Source: an uncultured delta proteobacterium (lineage in GTDB: Bacteria > Desulfobacterota > Binatia > UBA9968). From it: a stretch of 64,000 bases of DNA. The notes under the pieces were generated by a model. The model saw nothing but the letters and a program-made list of their open reading frames with translations. It was not told the origin of the DNA and searched no databases. Of this stretch, positions 55,195-64,000 are shown piece by piece (the first letter of the stretch is position 1; the number at the start of each line of letters is the position of its first letter). Position numbers and translations under genes: made by a program. Where the stretch lies: contig CAVWLW010000065.1 of the NCBI GenBank assembly GCA_963755715.1, forward strand, positions 15,914 through 79,913, given 5' to 3'.

Positions 55195-56214
55195 TTAACG
55201 ACCTTTGAATGTTGCGCGGAATTCCTTTGCAAGATCATTGGCTTGATCGGCCAAAGACAGATCCGTGGGGATCAGCTTTAATCCTTTGGTAAGCTCGGGA
55301 GGATCTGGCGGCACATCGGGGCGGGATGAAATCCGGCTGCGATCGCGCAGGATCGTTTGAGCTTCTTTCGATAGCAGAAAATCAAGGAACAGGCGCGCCG
55401 CATTGGGGTGGGGCGCCCGCGCGCTGACGGCCAGCGGCTCGACTGTAGTGAGGACGAATTCCATCGGTACCCAATCAACAGGGGCGCCTTTTTTCTTGAA
55501 CTCTTCAGTGTGCGTTCCGTATAAGTTCATGCCCAATGGAATCTCGCCGGACGCTACCCCCTGGACGGCCAGAGTAAAGCTGTTGCGAAGATCCACGCCC
55601 TGAGCTCCCAACCGCCGCATAAAATTCACGCCTTTTTCCCGGCCCATAACCTTCAGCATCATGCCGAAGGTCTCGAAATCTTCGTCGCGGAGAACGATCT
55701 TGCCTTTCCACCTGGGGTTAATGAGCTCCTCGTAGGTGCGAGGCAGTTCTTCTTTTTTGACGAGTTGTGTGTTGTAGACGAGCACCAGCGTGTGAATAAA
55801 AAAGCTTGTCCAGGTGCCGCCGGAGTCTTTCATCGATGCCGGGTAGGCTTTTGATTCAGGCGAAACGTACTTATCGAACAGACCTTCCTTTTTAAGAATA
55901 TTCCCGGCGATGCCCGGTATCTCGATCACGTCGGCATTATAAACACCTGCTTTAGTTTCCGTCAGAATCTTCGTCAGTAAGGCGTCGGTTACAAGTCGAA
56001 GCGTTTCGGTTTTAATAAAAGGATATGTCTGCTCGAACCGTTTGGTGAGTAATTCAGCATCTTGAATCGACAAGGCAGTGTACCAAACGACCTTGCCTTC
56101 CTTTTTTGCTCCTTCGATCAGGCGTTTTGTCTGGTCGGCTTGACCCCATGCAAGCGGCGTATTGGAAAGCGCGATTAAAAAAACTAACGCAAAGAAAGTA
56201 ATTCTAGATTTCAT
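55195..56214 (-). CDS. Fe3+/thiamine-type ABC substrate-binding protein
   Basis: AKKEGKVVWYT, YNTQLV...PRTYEEL and APHPNAARLFLDFLLS. Confidence 0.85.
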   Translation of the reverse strand: MKSRITFFALVFLIALSNTPLAWGQADQTKRLIEGAKKEGKVVWYTALSIQDAELLTKRFEQTYPFIKTETLRLVTDALLTKILTETKAGVYNADVIEIPGIAGNILKKEGLFDKYVSPESKAYPASMKDSGGTWTSFFIHTLVLVYNTQLVKKEELPRTYEELINPRWKGKIVLRDEDFETFGMMLKVMGREKGVNFMRRLGAQGVDLRNSFTLAVQGVASGEIPLGMNLYGTHTEEFKKKGAPVDWVPMEFVLTTVEPLAVSARAPHPNAARLFLDFLLSKEAQTILRDRSRISSRPDVPPDPPELTKGLKLIPTDLSLADQANDLAKEFRATFKGR

Positions 56215-56258
56215 TGTCGGGTATTCCTTCCAGGGCGATTGAACGGTTGGACGATTAA

Positions 56259-57929
56259 TCAGTTTGCCCGGTCGAACACTAAACGGCCATCAACGTAGGT
56301 CTGATCGATTTTTATCTCGCGAATTTTTGTCGATGCCACTGACAGGATGTCGTCAGAGAGAACCGCCATGTCGGCCAGTTTTCCTTCTTCGAGCGAGCCC
56401 TTCTCGTCCTCTTCGAACGCGGTATACGCTCCGTTATAGGTATAAACTCGAAGCGCCTGCAGAACGCTCAGACCTTCTTCTGAATTCAACACCTCGGAGT
56501 TTTCTTCCGGACCGAAACGATGATTGACGAGAATATCGAGACCGATCAATGGATTGTAAAGACCAACCGGCCAATCCGAGCCCCCGGAGATAATCACGCC
56601 GCGTTTGATCAAAGATTTGAAAGGAAAGGCAAACCGCGCGCGGTCCCCCCATTGGCTATAAACTCCTTCACGGCCGACGATTTCCATGAGCACAGGTTGC
56701 GTGTTCCAGATGACGCCTAATTCGGCCATCCGATCCATCGCCTCAGGATTCCAAAGGTAGGCATGCTCGAGACGGTGACGCAGATGGCGATTGGGCGCTT
56801 GCGTGCGCGCGTAAGCGACTGCATCGAGGCCACGCATAATGCCTCGATCGCCATGACAGATGAGACCGGCCTGCCAATTGTTGGAATGAACTTTCAACAT
56901 CAATTGGTTCGCCGCATCCTGGTCGAGTCTGAAGCTACCGTACTGCGTGCCGGTGGGGTCGTTGCTATACGGTTTAGAAAGAGCTGCGGTTTGCCCGATG
57001 ACGCCTCCGTCGATGCCGATTTGGACGGCGCCAAATTTCAGCCAACCGTCGCCAAACCCCGTGGCGAACCCGGTGTCGAACATTTTTCCGCCGGTCGTAT
57101 TCGCTTCCCATTTATCTCCGTAGACTGGATAAGGACCCAATACGACGCGCAGCGGCAGCGGTTGTTCGAGCCGAAGGCGCTGCCACGCAATGGTCTCTAT
57201 TACGTTTCGGATCGCCGCCTCGAATGCCGTAGTGATCCCGTATCGATTTAGTTCGCCGCCGATCCAACGATAGCCTTCGAGCAAATCCTCGACGCTATAC
57301 TTTGGCAGATTCGGCTTTATGAAGACCTCGCGCGTGTTGTCCCACATGGGTCCGAGAGGCCGGCCTTCACGATCGCGTTCCATGGGGCCGCCGGGCGGAT
57401 CCGGCGTATGATCCTCCACGCCGATCCGTCGTAGTCCGCAGGTATTGAAGGTCCAACCCATGCCTTCACGGTTGGCAATACCGACCGGATTATTCGGCGA
57501 GATCGCATCTAGATCGAAACGATTAGGATTGCGCCGGTCCTTCAGGCGAGCCGATTGAAAACCTCGTCCGAGTATCCATTCACCCGGCTGCGCAGCGCGA
57601 GATCGCTCGGCAATTTTTTGAGCGATATCCGAAATTGACGGGCACGCCGCATAGCTACAGTTCACCCATAGGCGCTGCGGCGAGTTCGTCATATGGATAT
57701 GGTTGTCGATGAAGCCGGGAACTAGAGTCCGGCCATTTAGGCTGACGACTTTTGTATCGGGTCCTATGGTTTTTTCAACGTAAGCACGAGTTCCGACGCG
57801 CAAGATTCGATTACGGCGGATCGACAACGCCTCGGTGACCTCGTCAGTTGAATTGACTGTGACGATCCTTCCGTTCACGAAAACGGTATCGGCTTGGGGC
57901 ACTGAAAAGGCTATTTCTGACGTAGACAT
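56259..57929 (-). CDS. Amidohydrolase_3 (YtcJ-like)
   Basis: PGFIDNHIH, HRLEHA, GSDWP and GSLEEGKLAD. Confidence 0.9.
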   Translation of the reverse strand: MSTSEIAFSVPQADTVFVNGRIVTVNSTDEVTEALSIRRNRILRVGTRAYVEKTIGPDTKVVSLNGRTLVPGFIDNHIHMTNSPQRLWVNCSYAACPSISDIAQKIAERSRAAQPGEWILGRGFQSARLKDRRNPNRFDLDAISPNNPVGIANREGMGWTFNTCGLRRIGVEDHTPDPPGGPMERDREGRPLGPMWDNTREVFIKPNLPKYSVEDLLEGYRWIGGELNRYGITTAFEAAIRNVIETIAWQRLRLEQPLPLRVVLGPYPVYGDKWEANTTGGKMFDTGFATGFGDGWLKFGAVQIGIDGGVIGQTAALSKPYSNDPTGTQYGSFRLDQDAANQLMLKVHSNNWQAGLICHGDRGIMRGLDAVAYARTQAPNRHLRHRLEHAYLWNPEAMDRMAELGVIWNTQPVLMEIVGREGVYSQWGDRARFAFPFKSLIKRGVIISGGSDWPVGLYNPLIGLDILVNHRFGPEENSEVLNSEEGLSVLQALRVYTYNGAYTAFEEDEKGSLEEGKLADMAVLSDDILSVASTKIREIKIDQTYVDGRLVFDRAN

Positions 57930-59351
57930 CGAATGATCCTATCCTTGAATCTTATTAGTGGGCCGTGCGTCAACAAGCAATCAAGTATCAAAAACGGCTG
58001 GCAACAAAATCCACGATCAAAGCCAAATCATTTGATACTCCTGTGATGACAACGCGAGTTCCATAACAGAAGCGAAGCACGGAATGCAAGGTGACAAAAT
58101 AGCTTTAAGAGATCGGCTTTCGTGCGAGGGTAAAAATACGGAGGGCGCGCTGCCCTCAAAGCATGACGTAACCAACGCTGAATATAATGCTCAAGTAGAT
58201 TAGCCAGAAGGTCACGAACGGCCAATTGCCGTTTCTTGTGTGGGGGGATTTCATCTCGCTGTCCCCCTTACTGCCAATCTATCTGGCCAACTTCCCGTAA
58301 TTAATCTTTAACAATTCACTTACATGCTGGCAAAATTCTCGACGATCGGAGACAGGCCGCCCGACACAGTCGCTTCCAGCGTACCCAATCGTGAGAAAGC
58401 ACGTATCTGGATTAAGAGTTGATTGTCGTGCGTTTTTGAGGACTCCAATCTCACCGGTTCGATGAATACGCGTTAGCGCCGAATGTCCAAACCCACTCCG
58501 GCGGCTAATTTGGAACAGTTCTAAATGACATAAGAGGGTGTTCGCGAAGTTTCATGTTCACCACCATGCTTAGTTATATGAAGAGAGCCTCAACCAAATC
58601 ATACGGCATTGCGGCATTCGCCCACTTCAATTGCAATCAGAAGATTGCCCAAACAAGAAGGCAATGCCAATTGCTAGTCGTGCTGATCTGAGCCCTTTCA
58701 TGGTCTCGCCTTCGGTTTCAATCGTGTGTATGAGAGTCAAGGCATCACGATATTCTTACCGGTCACGATTGCTGTCTGTCTAATATTAGACCAAATTCAA
58801 AATAAACTATCGTCGTCGAAACGGAATCAACGCGCAGCAGTTGACGTCATTTCAGTCTGCTCGAACGCAGAAATAAGATTTGTCCACAACATCTGTTGAT
58901 AAGTCCTTGATAACTCCCCTCAGTGCCGTGGACAAAGTGGCTATCGATGGGTGTCTCGGCGAATTGCCTAAATTGTCCCCACAGAAACGCGAGCATAAAT
59001 AACCTTGTGAGTCCTTTCTTCATGGTAGACGCCGCGGTGATATCTTCCATGTATAGGCCGCCAGGCGATTCAGCGACTTAATGATAGTGATCCGGAAACG
59101 GCCAAATGTGAATGTTTCGCCGCCCCTGAGATTGAACTGAATTCTCCTACTAACGAATCCTATGAGATTTGATCGTTGCGTCGATCATTTCGATCCCACG
59201 CCAAATTCCGAATTGATCATTCCAATCGCCAAACAACATCTCGTCTCCGTGCCCCGATCGGGAATAAAAGTGAATAGCCAGCGGTATCATAGAAAGTAAG
59301 GCGTTCTTTAGCGGTGCGCTGTTTGCCGTTCCGAGTAACAAGGAGGTTTCC

Positions 59352-60341
59352 ATGTTCCCAAGATCACAATACTTGCTGCGCCGGATCTCGTATACCGGCG
59401 CTATCTTAGCCACTTTGGTGGCAACTCCCATTTTCGCCGCAGGTCCGAAGGCCTACGTTGGCAATTTCAAAGACAACACGATGAGCGTGATCGATGCCGA
59501 CGCCGGCGCAGTCGTTGCGACGGTGCCGGTTTCCACAGGACCGCACGGCATGGCGATAACGCAGGACGGCCGCACCGTCTACGTAAGCGGCGACGGCTCT
59601 TCCTCGGTCGACGTCATCGATACGGCCACCGACAAAGTCGTCAAAACGATCAACGTCGGCAAGGCGCCGAACGGCATTGCGCTCACTCCCGATGACCGGC
59701 TGCTGCTGGTCACGGTCTACGGCGAGGACCGCATCGCCTTCGTCGATACCTCGACACAAACCGTGGTTGCCACAACAGCGGTACCCAAGCCACACACTGT
59801 CGCGATCAACCCCAACGGCAAGCTAGCGTACGTCACGGTACAGGAACCGGGCCACTTCGGGCTCGCCCTCATCGACCTGGCTACGCGCAGTGTGGTTCGC
59901 ACCCTGCCGCTCGATAAGACGCCGCGCGACGCCGAGTTCGGTTACGACGGCAAGTTGTTCTACTTTACCCAGGCCGGGGTCAGCTCAGTCCAGGTGCTCG
60001 ATCCGGCCTCCGACAGGATCGTCGCGCAGATTCCGACGGGCGTATCGCCTCATTTTGTTAGTTATCCGCGCGGCTCGGCGTTCGGTATCGTCGTCGTGCA
60101 GGGGCCGAGCGAGCTGCTCTTGTTCGACCCGGCGACGAACAAGCCGGCGCGCAGCGTGGCGGTCGGCAAACAGCCGCACTGGGCGACCACGTCCAGCGAC
60201 GGCAAAACCACATACGTGACTAACGAAGGCTCGAACGATGTTACCATCGTCGACCTCGCAACTGGCGAGACCCAAACAATCCCTGTCGGCAACGCGCCCC
60301 GTAAGGTTGTCGTGCAGCGCACCGCCGGGAGCGCAAGGTAA
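59352..60341 (+). CDS. Secreted YVTN/YncE beta-propeller
   Basis: Signal peptide; repeated V.vG..P.G.A...DG..YV units and a literal YVTN. Confidence 0.88.
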   Translation: MFPRSQYLLRRISYTGAILATLVATPIFAAGPKAYVGNFKDNTMSVIDADAGAVVATVPVSTGPHGMAITQDGRTVYVSGDGSSSVDVIDTATDKVVKTINVGKAPNGIALTPDDRLLLVTVYGEDRIAFVDTSTQTVVATTAVPKPHTVAINPNGKLAYVTVQEPGHFGLALIDLATRSVVRTLPLDKTPRDAEFGYDGKLFYFTQAGVSSVQVLDPASDRIVAQIPTGVSPHFVSYPRGSAFGIVVVQGPSELLLFDPATNKPARSVAVGKQPHWATTSSDGKTTYVTNEGSNDVTIVDLATGETQTIPVGNAPRKVVVQRTAGSAR

Positions 60342-60605
60342 TCCGATGTTCACAATATTGACGATGCAAATCCAAAAACACTTGTGGCCGTTGTGCGCCG
60401 TGATGGGCATCCTTTTGACTAGCGCTTTCACCCTCGCCGTCCGTGCACCCATGGGACGCGTTAGCGATCGCTGACTACCTCAAATCTATTCCGCCGATCA
60501 AAAATAAGATCAAATAACGGGATCCGCATTTTGAGACAATAGTTGAAAGGAGTTTAAGGACGCGGGCCGAGCGGATCGTCCGGTAAGTGTGATGCTCGCG
60601 GAGGG

Positions 60606-62219
60606 ATGACGATGAGCCCAGGACCAACACGGATCCTCATCTTGGGGGGCGGCTTCGGTGGAGTCTACACGGCGCTAACCCTGGAGCGGCTTCTACGGCG
60701 CGACCTTCGACGTGGGACTGTCGAGATCGCGCTGGTGAACCGAGAGAACTATATAGTCTTTCAGCCGATGCTCCCGGAAGTGATTTCTGGCAGCATCGGT
60801 CTCGTAGACACCATTAATCCAATTCGACGTCTGTGCCCGAACACGAATCTGTATACCCGCCCGATCGAAAAGATCGACATCCAGAGCAAGCGCATCCTCA
60901 CTGGCGCAGGCCTCGGTACGCGGCCTTGTGACATCGAGTACGACCATCTCGTGATTGCTCTTGGCAATGTCACGAACTTAGCCGATCTGCCCGGCCTTGC
61001 AGAGCATGCGCTTCCGTTCAAGTACTTGGGGGATGCGCTCACCCTGCGTAACCGTGTCATCCAGACTCTGGAGGAGGCTGCCATTGAGCCTGATCCTCAG
61101 GTGCGCCGCTCTCTCCTGACGTTTGTGGTCGCTGGCGGCGGCTTCTCGGGTGTTGAGGTCGTGGCCGAATTGAACGATTTCGTCCGCGCCGTTGCTCGGA
61201 ACTTCCGCCACCTAAATACTGGCGACATCCGCGTCATCCTCGTGCATGCAGGCGAACTCATCTTCCCGGAGCTTCCGAGGTCGCTCGCCGAGTTTGCTCA
61301 GCGCCTGCTGAGCAAGCGCGGCGTGGAGATCCGGCTGCGCACGCGTTTGGTCGGCGCCACTGCCGAGGCCGCACTGCTCGAAGGCGAGGAGCGCATCGCT
61401 ACGCGGACAGTCGTGAGCACGGTGTCCTCCGTGCCAAATCCTCTTGTCACAGCCCTGCCCGTCAACAAAGACCGCGGCAGGATTATCGTCGATGGTCATC
61501 TGGCGGTTCCGGACTATCCTGGGGTATGGGCCGCGGGCGACTGCGCGTTTGTCGTCGACGGGGGGAGTGGGGAGCCGTGCCCACCGACGGCCCAACACGC
61601 CATTCGGCAGGCGCGGTGCCTTGCGGAAAACCTCATGGCCACCTTGCGAGGTGCGCCGAAGACGAGGTTCGCGTTCACAGCGCTCAGCAAAATGGCGTCG
61701 CTCGGGCACCGTTCCGCAGTGGGCGAGATCTTCGGGGTGCAGGTCTCAGGGTTCCTCGCGTGGTGGCTCTGGCGGACGATGTATCTTATGAAGCTCCCCG
61801 GGCTCGATCGAAAGATCCGAGTTGCTACGGATTGGACCCTTGATCTGATCCTGCCTCCCGACATCGTCCAGCTCTCAACTGAGAAACCTCTGGCGATCCG
61901 GCGGGAGCACTTCGAGCCGAACGAGACCATCTTCCGCGAGGGCGACTTGGGTGACTCACTGTATATCATTCTTGACGGCGAGGTCGAGATCACACGAGAT
62001 GCTCCGGGTCAAAGCGATGTGCCGCTCGCTCGGCTCGGGCGTGGGGAATGCTTCGGAGAGATGGGATTGGTCAGGCAGATGCCACGGTCGGCGACGGTTC
62101 GCACTGTGACCCGAGTCAACATCTTGGCGATGGACCACTATACGTTCCAAGCCCTGTTTGCGCACCTGCCGCCGCTGCGGCTTTTTTTCGAACAGCTGAT
62201 CCAGCTGCGCTCCAAATAG
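60606..62219 (+). CDS. Type II NADH dehydrogenase-like flavoprotein fused to a C-terminal cNMP-binding domain
   Basis: GGGFGG, GGGFSGVE, WAAGD and PPTAQHA; then IFREGD.GDSLYII..GEV and FGEMGL..MPRSATV. Confidence 0.9.
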   Translation: MTMSPGPTRILILGGGFGGVYTALTLERLLRRDLRRGTVEIALVNRENYIVFQPMLPEVISGSIGLVDTINPIRRLCPNTNLYTRPIEKIDIQSKRILTGAGLGTRPCDIEYDHLVIALGNVTNLADLPGLAEHALPFKYLGDALTLRNRVIQTLEEAAIEPDPQVRRSLLTFVVAGGGFSGVEVVAELNDFVRAVARNFRHLNTGDIRVILVHAGELIFPELPRSLAEFAQRLLSKRGVEIRLRTRLVGATAEAALLEGEERIATRTVVSTVSSVPNPLVTALPVNKDRGRIIVDGHLAVPDYPGVWAAGDCAFVVDGGSGEPCPPTAQHAIRQARCLAENLMATLRGAPKTRFAFTALSKMASLGHRSAVGEIFGVQVSGFLAWWLWRTMYLMKLPGLDRKIRVATDWTLDLILPPDIVQLSTEKPLAIRREHFEPNETIFREGDLGDSLYIILDGEVEITRDAPGQSDVPLARLGRGECFGEMGLVRQMPRSATVRTVTRVNILAMDHYTFQALFAHLPPLRLFFEQLIQLRSK

Positions 62220-62519
62220 CACGGGTCGACGCTGACTCGGTTTCCGGATAAGCGGGTTTGAAAGTGCGTTGACGCCTTCGACAATAGTGAGAATCGCCCT
62301 GTTTCTCGAACATATTAGGAGCGGTTGTGCCGACCAGCATACTCAAGTTAAGCCAAGTGACTAAAAATGGACGTAACGCATGTGTTCGAAGGAATCTCGT
62401 GAAGAAGCGTATGATCTGGTTGAGCGTAACCGCCAGGACGATCATGGCGTTGAAGCTTTGGGCCTCAGTGTAGCGGCGCGATTTAAACACTCTAGCCGGA
62501 CTTGGCATAGGTTAAAGAA

Positions 62520-64000
62520 GTGCTTCGCCATAATCTTGCTTTCAAAGTCACGTTGTTGATTGTCGGTATCCTGATCGCCGGATTCGCCACCCTGCTGGTC
62601 CTCAACATAAAACAAGAGGCCGAAGCTCTTGTAGTCAAAAACCAAGAAACAGCCCGTCTGTTGGCCTCGTCAGTAACGGAGACGATCGAGATCGGAATGC
62701 TTAGAGTACGGCCGGACATCGTCCGGCGACTCATGCAGCAACTGAAAACCGAACTCAAGGATGTCAGGCGCATCGGGGTTTACCGGCGAAATGGCGTTGA
62801 AGCTTTTGCCGACCTCGCAACTTTGGAGGAAGTGAACCGCAAGGTGCATCTCGATCCAGAGCTGGTGAAGAGCATTTCTGCAATGAGTCGGGCGCCCGGG
62901 CCGCCCAACAAAAACCCCTTGTTCCGCCGCGCTGTCGAGACTATTCTTCCCGAGCAAACCTACGAGACCATTGACGGCGCTCGTGTGCTCACTCTTTTTC
63001 AGCCTCTACGGAATCTTAAAGAATGTCAGGATTGTCACGGCACGGATCACGAAGTCCGCGGGGTGCTCCAAATCAGCTTGGGATTGGAAAAGTTGGATGC
63101 GCAACTCCGAGCGGTCCGAAACCGCCAAATTCTCGTAGCTCTTGTGACTATTGTCGCCGTGACCGTGACCCTTTTGATTGCGATGGGTCGTTTGGTGCTC
63201 CAGCCGATTGCCCGCGTGGTAGCAGCAGCGCGGCGGATCGGTGGCGGCGATTTCGAGGCGCGAGTACCTTTGGGCAGTAGAGACGAGATCGGACAGCTTG
63301 GTACAGTGATCAACGATATGACCGGCCGACTTAAAATGGCATACGGGGAGCTAGAAGCAAAGAACAAGACTTTGGATGAGACGCTCCACAACCTGCAGGA
63401 TTCCATGAAGCGAGTGGAGCTGCTGGAACAGTTAAAGGACGAGCTATCGAAGTTCGTGCCCGACTCGGTGAAGCGAATGCTCGAGCAGAACCCAGAAGCC
63501 ACCGAGCTGGAACAACGCGAAAAAGATGTCTCGGCGATATTTCTCGACATCGCCGGTTACACCCGCCTCTCTGAGCAGATGGATACCAGGCAGGTAAACC
63601 GGCTGCTCCAGAGGTATTTCTCCAGCTTCCTCGAAATTATCCATGACTATCAGGGGGACGTGAACGAGACCGCTGGCGACGGGCTCATGGTGATTTTCCA
63701 AAATGATCGCTCAGCCACTGAGCACGCCCTAAACGCTATCCGGAGCGCGCTCGCCATCCAACGCCAGGTGGAAGAGTTAAACCAGGAATTCGCCGGCGTG
63801 TTCCAGCCAATATCGCTCCATATGGGAATCAACAGCGGGCCGGCCTTAGTAGGGGCCAGCAAGCTGACGTCCAGCGCTGGGCCGCGTTGGATCTTTACCG
63901 CCTTGGGGCCCGTCATTAATGTAGCTGCCCGCGTCGCTGGTGAGGCTACAGGAGGCGAGATCCTCATGACTTCCTCCACGGCTGAGCGCGTCAAGGGACA
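62520..64000 (+). CDS. Membrane class III nucleotide cyclase: TM, CxxCH periplasmic domain, TM, HAMP, coiled coil, cyclase; runs off the window
   Basis: My translation from GTG 62520 (absent from the ORF track because no stop is in the window): CQDCH, DEIGQL, FLDIAGYT, NETAGDG, GINSG and INVAAR. Confidence 0.88.
   Translation, partial: MLRHNLAFKVTLLIVGILIAGFATLLVLNIKQEAEALVVKNQETARLLASSVTETIEIGMLRVRPDIVRRLMQQLKTELKDVRRIGVYRRNGVEAFADLATLEEVNRKVHLDPELVKSISAMSRAPGPPNKNPLFRRAVETILPEQTYETIDGARVLTLFQPLRNLKECQDCHGTDHEVRGVLQISLGLEKLDAQLRAVRNRQILVALVTIVAVTVTLLIAMGRLVLQPIARVVAAARRIGGGDFEARVPLGSRDEIGQLGTVINDMTGRLKMAYGELEAKNKTLDETLHNLQDSMKRVELLEQLKDELSKFVPDSVKRMLEQNPEATELEQREKDVSAIFLDIAGYTRLSEQMDTRQVNRLLQRYFSSFLEIIHDYQGDVNETAGDGLMVIFQNDRSATEHALNAIRSALAIQRQVEELNQEFAGVFQPISLHMGINSGPALVGASKLTSSAGPRWIFTALGPVINVAARVAGEATGGEILMTSSTAERVKG

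Noticed and set aside
58880-58983. Chromosomal oriC
   Set aside because: Only a few imperfect boxes are present, with no dnaA/dnaN/gidA context or clear unwinding element. Kept only as a weak finding.

Overview
GC-rich bacterial chromosomal segment. The many orphan substrate-binding proteins and the REP-like palindrome families suggest Candidatus Binatia or a related deltaproteobacterial soil lineage (inference only). About ten genes carry single-base frameshifts that look like long-read assembly errors. 1-22.9 kb: 3' end of RNase G/E, VOC proteins, tandem MFS paralogues, orphan ABC substrate-binding proteins, a bicupin plus a heme-oxygenase-like dimetal enzyme, an isochorismatase, an Opp-type ABC set, a Rieske oxygenase, a PQQ sugar dehydrogenase and CorA. 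22.9-47.4 kb: a mostly minus-strand stress/detox island with two ECF42-type sigma factors near its ends. It holds six DGPF/YciI proteins, many VOC/PhnB proteins, DoxX, GST, DUF899, DUF1428, a MoaD-BNR pair and several deletion scars. Nine ECF promoters can be read from the DNA and fall into two classes, TGTCCY-N17-CGTCGTA and TGTCGA-N16/17-CGACTA, which suggests two interleaved sigma regulons. 47.4-59 kb: more transport and hydrolase genes plus degraded AT-richer DNA. 59-64 kb: a YVTN propeller, an NDH-2 fused to a cNMP-binding domain, and a CxxCH-HAMP class III nucleotide cyclase with a guanylate-cyclase-type Glu. No rRNA, tRNA, CRISPR array or intact transposase was seen.
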